64,000 nt of DNA from contig OZ024740.1 in the NCBI GenBank assembly GCA_964016885.1, positions 420,422,001 to 420,486,000 of the forward strand, read 5' to 3'. Under the pieces are notes generated by a model. The model was not told where the DNA came from. It did not search any database and saw nothing but the letters and a program-made list of their open reading frames with translations. This DNA comes from Eledone cirrhosa. Taxonomy: Eukaryota. A program made the position numbers and the translations under genes. How positions within the stretch are numbered: the first letter of the stretch is position 1; each line of letters starts with the position of its first letter. This document shows positions 53,601 to 64,000 of this stretch, one piece after another.

Positions 53601-56600
53601 CAATAGGTGTGAACCCTAACAACTTTAGTAATAACTCCTCAATGGGTGTGAACCCTAACAACTTTAGCAATAACTCCTCAATAGGCGTGAACCCTAACAA
53701 CAACTTTAGTAATAACTCCTCAATAGGTGTGAACCCTAACAACTTTAGTAATAACTCCTCAACAGGTGTGAACCCTAACAACTTTAGTAATAACTCCTCA
53801 ACAGGTGTGAACCCTAACAACTTTAGTAATAACTCCTCAACAGGTGTCAACCCTAACAACTTTAGTAATAACTCCTCAATAGGTGTGAACTCTAACAACT
53901 TTAGTAATAACTCCTCAACAGGTGTGAACCCTAACAACTTTAGTAATAACTCCTCAACAGGTGTGAACCCTAACAACTTTAGTAATAACTCCTCAATAGG
54001 TGTGAACTCTAACAACTTTAGTAATAACTCCTCAATAGGTGTGAACCCTAACAACTTTAGTAATAACTCCTCAATAGGTGTGAACCCTAACAACTTTAGT
54101 AATAACTGCTCAATAGGTGTGAACCCTAACAACTTTAGTAATAACTCCTCAATAGGTGTGAACCCTAACAACTTTAGTAATAACTCCTCAATAGGTGTGA
54201 ACCCTAACAACTTTAGTAATAACTCCTCAATAGGTGTGAACTCTAACAACTTTAGTAATAACTCCTCAATAGGTGTGAACCCTAACAACTTTAGTAATAA
54301 CTCCTCAATAGGTGTGAACCCTAACAACTTTAGTAATAACTCCTCAATAGGTGTGAACCCTAACAACTTTAGTAATAACTCCTCAATAGGTGTGAACTCT
54401 AACAACTTTAGTAATAACTCCTCAATAGGTGTGAACCCTAACAACTTTAGTAATAACTCCTCAATAGGTGTGAACCCTAACAACTTTAGTAATAACTCCT
54501 CAATAGGTGTGAACCCTAACAACTTTAGTAATAACTCCTCAATAGGTGTGAACCCTAACAACTTTAGTAATAACTCCTCAATAGGTGTGAACCCTAACAA
54601 CTTTAGTAATAACTCCTCAATAGGTGTGAACCCTAACAACTTTAGTAATAACTCCTCAATAGGTGTGAACCCTAACAACTTTAGTAATAACTCCTCAATA
54701 GGTGTGAACCCTAACAACTTTAGTAATAACTCCTCAATAGGTGTGAACTCTAACAACTTTAGTAATAACTCCTCAATAGGTGTGAACTCTAACAACTTTA
54801 GTAATAACTCCTCAATAGGTGTGAACTCTAACAACTTTAGTAATAACTCCTCAATAGGTGTGAACCCTAACAACTTTAGTAATAACTCCTCAATAGGTGT
54901 GAACCCTAACAACTTTAGTAATAACTCCTCAATAGGTGTGAACTCTAACAACTTTAGTAATAACTCCTCAATAGGTGTGAACCCTAACAACTTTAGTAAT
55001 AACTCCTCAATAGGTGTGAACCCTAACAACTTTAGTAATAACTCCTCAATAGGTGTGAACCCTAACAACTTTAGTAATAACTCCTCAATAGGTGTGAACT
55101 CTAACAACTTTAGTAATAACTCCTCAATAGGTGTGAACCCTAACAACTTTAGTAATAACTCCTCAATAGGTGTGAACCCTAACAACTTTAGTAATAACTC
55201 CTCAATAGGTGTGAACCCTAACAACTTTAGTAATAACTCCTCAATAGGTGTGAACCCTAACAACTTTAGTAATAACTCCTCAATAGGTGTGAACCCTAAC
55301 AACTTTAGTAATAACTCCTCAATAGGTGTGAACCCTAACAACTTTAGTAATAACTCCTCAATAGGTGTGAACCCTAACAACTTTAGTAATAACTCCTCAA
55401 TAGGTGTGAACCCTAACAACTTTAGTAATAACTCCTCAATAGGTGTGAACTCTAACAACTTTAGTAATAACTCGTCAATAGGTGTGAACTCTAACAACTT
55501 TAGTAATAACTCCTCAATAGGTGTGAACTCTAACAACTTTAGTAATAACTCCTCAATAGGTGTGAACCCTAACAACTTTAGTAATAACTCCTCAATAGGT
55601 GTGAACTCTAACAACTTTAGTAATAACTCCTCAATAGGTGTGAACTCTAACAACTTTAGTAATAACTCCTCAATAGGTGTGAACTCTAACAACTTTAGTA
55701 ATAACTCCTCAATAGGTGTGAACCCTAACAACTTTAGTAATAACTCCTCAAGAGGTGTGAACTCTAACAACTTTAGTAATAACTCCTCAATAGGTGTGAA
55801 CTCTAACAACTTTAGTAATAACTCCTCAATAGGTGTGAACTCTAACAACTTTAGTAATAACTCCTCAATAGGTGTGAACTCTAACAACTTTAGTAATAAC
55901 TCCTCAATAGGTGTGAACCCTAACAACTTTAGTAATAACTCCTCAATAGGTGTGAACTCTAACAACTTTAGTAATAACTCCTCAATAGGTGTGAACTCTA
56001 ACAACTTTAGTAATAACTCCTCAATAGGTGTGAACTCTAACAACTTTAGTAATAACTCCTCAATAGGTGTGAACTCTAACAACTTTAGTAATAACTCCTC
56101 AATAGGTGTGAACCCTAACAACTTTAGTAATAACTCCTCAATAGGTGTGAACTCTAACAACTTTAGTAATAACTCCTCAATAGGTGTGAACTCTAACAAC
56201 TTTAGTAATAACTCCTCAATAGGTGTGAACCCTAACAACTTTAGTAATAACTCCTCAATAGGTGTGAACCCTAACAACTTTAGTAATAACTCCTCAATAG
56301 GTGTGAACTCTAACAACTTTAGTAATAACTCCTCAATAGGTGTGAACTCTAACAACTTTAGTAATAACTCCTCAATAGGTGTGAACTCTAACAACTTTAG
56401 TAATAACTCCTCAATAGGCGTGAACTCTAACAACTTTAGTAATAACTCCTCAACAGGTGTGAACCCTAACAACTTTAGTAATAACTCCTCAATAGGTGTG
56501 AACCCTAACAACTTTAGTAATAACTCCTCAATAGGTGTGAACCCTAACAACTTTAGCAATAACTCCTCAATAGGCGTGAACCCTAACAACAACTTTAGTA

Positions 56601-59600
56601 ATAACTCCTCAATAGGTGTGAACCCTAACAACTTTAGTAATAACTCCTCAACAGGTGTGAACCCTAACAACTTTAGTAATAACTCCTCAACAGGTGTGAA
56701 CCCTAACAACTTTAGTAATAACTCCTCAACAGGTGTCAACCCTAACAACTTTAGTAATAACTCCTCAACAGGTGTGAACCCTAACAACTTTAGTAATAAC
56801 TCCTCAATAGGCGTGAACCCTAACAACTTTAGTAATAACTCCTTAATAGGTGTGAACCCTAACAACTTTAGTAATAACTCCTCAACAGGTGTGAACCCTA
56901 ACAACTTTAGTAATAACTCCTCAATAGGTGTGAACCCTAACAACTTTAGTAATAACTCCTCAACAGGTGTGAACCCTAACAACTTTAGTAATAACTCCTC
57001 AATAGGCGTGAACCCTAACAACTTTAGTAATAACTCCTTAATAGGTGTGAACCCTAACAACTTTAGTAATAACTCCTCAACAGATGTGAACCCTAACAAC
57101 TTTAGGAATAACTCCTCAACAGGTGTGAACCCTAACAACTTTAGTAATAACTCCTCAATAGGCGTGAACCCTAACAACTTTAGTAATAACTCCTCAACAG
57201 GTGTGAACCCTAACAACTTTAGTAATAACTCCTCAACAGATGTGAACCCTAACAACTTTAGGAATAACTCCTCAACAGGTGTGAACCCTAACAACTTTAG
57301 TAATAACTCCTCAACAGATGTGAACCCTAACAACTTTAGTAATAACTCCTCAACAGGTGTGAACCCTAACAACTTTAGTAATAACTCCTCAACAGGTGTG
57401 AACCCTAACAACTTTAGGAATAACTCCTCAATATGTGTGAACCCTAACAACAACTTGAGTAATAACTCCTCAATAGGTGTGAACCCTAACAACTTTAGTA
57501 ATAACTCCTCAACAGGTGTGAACCCTAACAACTTTAGGAATAACTCCTCAATATGTGTGAACCCTAACAACAACTTGAGTAATAACTCCTCAATAGGCGT
57601 GAACCCTAACAACTTTAGCAATAACTCCTCAATAGGTGTGAACTCTAACAACTTTAGTAATAACTCCTCAATAGGCGTGAACCCTAACAACTTTAGTAAT
57701 AACTCCTCAACAGGTGTGAACCCTAACAACTTTAGTAATAACTCCTCAACAGGTGTGAACCCTAACAACTTTAGTAATAACACCTCAACAGGTGTGAACC
57801 CTAACAACTTTAGTAATAACTCCTCAATAGGCGTGAACCCTAACAACTTTAGTAATAACTCCTCAATTGGTGTGAACCCTAACAACTTTAGTAATAATTC
57901 CTCAATAGGCGTGAACCCTAACAACTTTAGTAATAACTCCTCAATAGGTGTGAACCCTAACAACTTTAGCAATAACTCCTCAATAGGCGTGAACCCTAAC
58001 AACTTTAGTAATAACTCCTCAATTGGTGTGAACCCTAACAACTTTAGTAATAACTCCTCAATAGGCGTGAACCCTAACAACTTTAGTAATAACTCCTCAA
58101 CAGGTGTGAACCCTAACAACTTTAGCAATAACTCCTCAATAGGCGTGAACCCTAACAACTTTAGTAATAACTCCTCAATTGGTGTGAACCCTAACAACTT
58201 TAGTAATAACTCCTCAACAGGTGTGAACCCTAACAACTTTAGTAATAACTCCTCAACAGGTGTGAACCCTAACAACTTTAGTAATAACACCTCAACAGGT
58301 GTGAACCCTAACAACTTTAGCAATAACTCCTCAATAGGCGTGAACCCTAACAACTTTAGTAATAACTCCTCAATAGGCGTGGACCGTAATAACTCCTCAA
58401 TAGGCGTGAACCCTAACAACTTTAGTAATAACTCCTCAACAGGTGTGAACCCTAACAACTTTAGTAATAACTCCTCAATTGGTGTGAACCCTAACAACTT
58501 TAGTAATAACTCCTCAATAGGCGTGAACCCTGAACAACTTTAGTAATAACTCCTCAACAGGTGTCAACCCTAACAACTTTAGTAATAACTCCTCAACAGG
58601 TGTGAACCCTAACAACTTTAGTAATAACTCCTTAATAGGTGTGAACCCTAACAACTTTAGTAATAACTCCTTAATAGGTGTGAACCCTGAACAACTTTAG
58701 TACTAACTCCTCAACAGGTGTGAACCCTAACAACTTTAATAATAACTCCTCAACAGGTGTGAACCCTAACAACTTTAGTAATAACTCCTCAACAGGTGTG
58801 AACTCTAACAACTTTAGTAATAACTCCTCAACAGGTGTCAACCCTAACAACTTTAGTAATAACTCCTCAACAGGTGTCAACCCTAACAACTTTAGTAATA
58901 ACTCCTCAACAGGTGTCAACCCTAACAACTTTAGTAATAACTCCTCAACAGGTGTGAACCCTAACAACTTTAGTAATAACTCCTCAACAGGTGTGAACTC
59001 TAACAACTTTAGTAATAACTCCTCAACAGGTGTCAACCCTAACAACTTTAGTAATAACTCCTCAACAGGTGTGAACCCTAACAACTTTAGTAATAACTCC
59101 TCAACAGGTGTCAACCCTAACAACTTTAGTAATAACTCCTTAATAGGTGTGAACTCTAACAACTTTAGTAATAACTCCTCAACAGGTGTGAACCCTAACA
59201 ACTTTAGTAATAACTCCTCAACAGGTGTGAACCCTAACAACTTTAGTAATAACTCCTCAACAGGTGTCAACCCTAACAACTTTAGTAATAACTCCTCAAC
59301 AGGTGTGAACCCTAACAACTTTAGTAATAACTCCTCAACAGGTGTGAACCCTAACAACTTTAGTAATAACTCCTCAATAGGCGTGAACCCTAACAACTTT
59401 AGTAATAACTCCTTAATAGGTGTGAACCCTAACAACTTTAGTAATAACTCCTCAACAGGTGTGAACCCTAACAACTTTAGTAATAACTCCTCAATAGGTG
59501 TGAACCCTAACAACTTTAGTAATAACTCCTCAACAGGTGTGAACCCTAACAACTTTAGTAATAACTCCTCAATAGGCGTGAACCCTAACAACTTTAGTAA

Positions 59601-62600
59601 TAACTCCTTAATAGGTGTGAACCCTAACAACTTTAGTAATAACTCCTCAACAGATGTGAACCCTAACAACTTTAGGAATAACTCCTCAACAGGTGTGAAC
59701 CCTAACAACTTTAGTAATAACTCCTCAATAGGCGTGAACCCTAACAACTTTAGTAATAACTCCTCAACAGGTGTGAACCCTAACAACTTTAGTAATAACT
59801 CCTCAACAGATGTGAACCCTAACAACTTTAGGAATAACTCCTCAACAGGTGTGAACCCTAACAACTTTAGTAATAACTCCTCAACAGATGTGAACCCTAA
59901 CAACTTTAGTAATAACTCCTCAACAGGTGTGAACCCTAACAACTTTAGTAATAACTCCTCAACAGGTGTGAACCCTAACAACTTTAGGAATAACTCCTCA
60001 ATATGTGTGAACCCTAACAACAACTTGAGTAATAACTCCTCAATAGGTGTGAACCCTAACAACTTTAGTAATAACTCCTCAACAGGTGTGAACCCTAACA
60101 ACTTTAGGAATAACTCCTCAATATGTGTGAACCCTAACAACAACTTGAGTAATAACTCCTCAATAGGCGTGAACCCTAACAACTTTAGCAATAACTCCTC
60201 AATAGGTGTGAACTCTAACAACTTTAGTAATAACTCCTCAATAGGCGTGAACCCTAACAACTTTAGTAATAACTCCTCAACAGGTGTGAACCCTAACAAC
60301 TTTAGTAATAACTCCTCAACAGGTGTGAACCCTAACAACTTTAGTAATAACACCTCAACAGGTGTGAACCCTAACAACTTTAGTAATAACTCCTCAATAG
60401 GCGTGAACCCTAACAACTTTAGTAATAACTCCTCAATTGGTGTGAACCCTAACAACTTTAGTAATAATTCCTCAATAGGCGTGAACCCTAACAACTTTAG
60501 TAATAACTCCTCAATAGGTGTGAACCCTAACAACTTTAGCAATAACTCCTCAATAGGCGTGAACCCTAACAACTTTAGTAATAACTCCTCAATTGGTGTG
60601 AACCCTAACAACTTTAGTAATAACTCCTCAATAGGCGTGAACCCTAACAACTTTAGTAATAACTCCTCAACAGGTGTGAACCCTAACAACTTTAGCAATA
60701 ACTCCTCAATAGGCGTGAACCCTAACAACTTTAGTAATAACTCCTCAATTGGTGTGAACCCTAACAACTTTAGTAATAACTCCTCAACAGGTGTGAACCC
60801 TAACAACTTTAGTAATAACTCCTCAACAGGTGTGAACCCTAACAACTTTAGTAATAACACCTCAACAGGTGTGAACCCTAACAACTTTAGCAATAACTCC
60901 TCAATAGGCGTGAACCCTAACAACTTTAGTAATAACTCCTCAATAGGCGTGGACCGTAATAACTCCTCAATAGGCGTGAACCCTAACAACTTTAGTAATA
61001 ACTCCTCAACAGGTGTGAACCCTAACAACTTTAGTAATAACTCCTCAATTGGTGTGAACCCTAACAACTTTAGTAATAACTCCTCAATAGGCGTGAACCC
61101 TGAACAACTTTAGTAATAACTCCTCAACAGGTGTCAACCCTAACAACTTTAGTAATAACTCCTCAACAGGTGTGAACCCTAACAACTTTAGTAATAACTC
61201 CTTAATAGGTGTGAACCCTAACAACTTTAGTAATAACTCCTTAATAGGTGTGAACCCTGAACAACTTTAGTACTAACTCCTCAACAGGTGTGAACCCTAA
61301 CAACTTTAATAATAACTCCTCAACAGGTGTGAACCCTAACAACTTTAGTAATAACTCCTCAACAGGTGTGAACTCTAACAACTTTAGTAATAACTCCTCA
61401 ACAGGTGTCAACCCTAACAACTTTAGTAATAACTCCTCAACAGGTGTCAACCCTAACAACTTTAGTAATAACTCCTCAACAGGTGTCAACCCTAACAACT
61501 TTAGTAATAACTCCTCAACAGGTGTGAACCCTAACAACTTTAGTAATAACTCCTCAACAGGTGTGAACTCTAACAACTTTAGTAATAACTCCTCAACAGG
61601 TGTCAACCCTAACAACTTTAGTAATAACTCCTCAACAGGTGTGAACCCTAACAACTTTAGTAATAACTCCTCAACAGGTGTCAACCCTAACAACTTTAGT
61701 AATAACTCCTTAATAGGTGTGAACTCTAACAACTTTAGTAATAACTCCTCAACAGGTGTGAACCCTAACAACTTTAGTAATAACTCCTCAACAGGTGTGA
61801 ACCCTAACAACTTTAGTAATAACTCCTCAACAGGTGTCAACCCTAACAACTTTAGTAATAACTCCTCAACAGGTGTGAACCCTAACAACTTTAGTAATAA
61901 CTCCTCAACAGGTGTGAACCCTAACAATTTTAGTAATAACTCCTCAACAGGTGTGAACTCTAACAACTTTAGTAATAACTCCTCAACAGGTGTCAACCCT
62001 AACAACTTTAGTAATAACTCCTCAATAGGCGTGAACCCTAACAACTTTAGTAATAACTCCTCAATAGGTGTGAACTCTAACAACTTTAGTAATAACTCCT
62101 CAACAGGTGTGAACCCTAACAACTTTAGTAATAACTCCTCAACAGGTGTGAACCCTAACAACTTTAGTAATAACTCCTCAACAGGTGTGAACCCTAACAA
62201 CTTTAGTAATAACTCCTCAATAGGTGTGAACCCTAACAACTTTAGTAATAACTCCTCAACAGGTGTCAACCCTAACAACTTTAGTAATAACTCTTCAACA
62301 GGTGTGAACCCTAACAACTTTAGTAATAACTCCTCAATAGGCGTGAACCCTAACAGCTTTAGTAATAACTCCTTAATAGGTGTGAACCCTAACAACTTTA
62401 GTAATAACTCCTCAACAGGTCTGAACCCTAACAATTTTAGTAATAACTCCTCAACAGGTGTGAACCCTAACAACTTTAGTAATAACTCCTCAACAGGTGT
62501 CAACCCTAACAACTTTAGTAATAACTCCTCAACAGGTGTCAACCCTAACAACTTTAGTAATAACTCCTCAATAGGCGTGAACCCTAACAACTTTAGTAAT

Positions 62601-64000
62601 AACTCCTCAACAGGTGTGAACCCTAACAACTTTAGTAATAACTCCTCAATTGGTGTGAACCCTAACAACTTTAGTAATAACTCCTCAACAGGTGTGAACC
62701 CTAACAACTTTAGTAATAACTCCTCAATAGGCGTGAACCCTGAACAACTTTAGTAATAACTCCTCAACAGGTGTCAACCCTAACAACTTTAGTAATAACT
62801 CCTCAACAGGTGTGAACCCTAACAACTTTAGTAATAACTCCTTAATAGGTGTGAACCCTAACAACTTTAGTAATAACTCCTTAATAGGTGTGAACCCTGA
62901 ACAACTTTAGTAATAACTCCTCAACAGGTGTGAACCCTAACAACTTTAATAATAACTCCTCAACAGGTGTGAACCCTAACAACTTTAGTAATAACTCCTC
63001 AACAGGTGTGAACTCTAACAACTTTAGTAATAACTCCTCAACAGGTGTGAACCCTAACAACTTTAGTAATAACTCCTCAACAGGTGTCAACCCTAACAAC
63101 TTTAGTAATAACTCCTCAACAGGTGTCAACCCTAACAACTTTAGTAATAACTCCTCAACAGGTGTGAACCCTAACAACTTTAGTAATAACTCCTCAACAG
63201 GTGTGAACTCTAACAACTTTAGTAATAACTCCTCAACAGGTGTCAACCCTAACAACTTTAGTAATAACTCCTCAACAGGTGTGAACCCTAACAACTTTAG
63301 TAATAACTCCTCAACAGGTGTCAACCCTAACAACTTTAGTAATAACTCCTTAATAGGTGTGAACTCTAACAACTTTAGTAATAACTCCTCAACAGGTGTG
63401 AACCCTAACAACTTTAGTAATAACTCCTCAACAGGTGTGAACCCTAACAACTTTAGTAATAACTCCTCAACAGGTGTCAACCCTAACAACTTTAGTAATA
63501 ACTCCTCAACAGGTGTGAACCCTAACAACTTTAGTAATAACTCCTCAACAGGTGTGAACCCTAACAATTTTAGTAATAACTCCTCAACAGGTGTGAACTC
63601 TAACAACTTTAGTAATAACTCCTCAACAGGTGTCAACCCTAACAACTTTAGTAATAACTCCTCAATAGGCGTGAACCCTAACAACTTTAGTAATAACTCC
63701 TCAATAGGTGTGAACTCTAACAACTTTAGTAATAACTCCTCAACAGGTGTGAACCCTAACAACTTTAGTAATAACTCCTCAACAGGTGTGAACCCTAACA
63801 ACTTTAGTAATAACTCCTCAACAGGTGTGAACCCTAACAACTTTAGTAATAACTCCTCAATAGGTGTGAACCCTAACAACTTTAGTAATAACTCCTCAAC
63901 AGGTGTCAACCCTAACAACTTTAGTAATAACTCTTCAACAGGTGTGAACCCTAACAACTTTAGTAATAACTCCTCAATAGGCGTGAACCCTAACAGCTTT
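44667..64000. repeat. 39-bp tandem satellite, about 495 units, intronic in MED24, runs off window edge
   Basis: Consensus gtgtgaaccctaacaactttagtaataactcctcaaYag; higher-order periods 624, 1095, 4842, 2570 and 1640 bp measured from rare variants. Confidence 0.98.

Noticed and set aside
44575-63957. Giant 4640/4624/798/488 aa ORFs as real genes
   Set aside because: No ATG start or unique domains, located inside a MED24 intron, out of phase with exon 5, and broken by recurrent +1 insertions; explained by a 39-bp unit
44667-64000. Satellite as a CRISPR array or interstitial telomere
   Set aside because: No unique spacers and no cas genes in a eukaryotic context; only one CCCTAA hexamer per unit and it is often mutated to CTCTAA

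Overview
AT-rich, repeat-dense animal genomic DNA, most likely a coleoid cephalopod (octopus-like); this is inferred from its CORE/Nin-type tRNA SINEs, RTE LINEs with (GAT)n tails and long (TA)n tracts. Two spliced genes lie head-to-head: a 4-coding-exon C2H2 zinc-finger gene (about 734 aa, 9 fingers plus an AT-hook-like motif; minus strand, 10585-19386) and the first five coding exons of MED24 (plus strand, 36796-44567). MED24 intron 5 opens into a >19 kb, 39-bp satellite with nested higher-order duplications; this satellite produces the giant ORFs in the ORF track. The rest is mobile DNA: many 5'-truncated RTE LINEs, a GC-rich CRE-like retroelement nested in a SINE, a decayed hATm transposon with an 8-bp TSD, a HERO/R2-like fragment, MITEs and SINEs. 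The most notable unannotated structures are: minimal type I hammerhead ribozymes (Penelope-like terminal repeats), one attached to an 81-bp-arm palindrome; a tandemly amplified splice acceptor at MED24 exon 2; and a satellite unit carrying branch-point plus YAG|GT motifs that starts exactly at a 3' splice site. None is proven to be a new system; all calls were made by eye.
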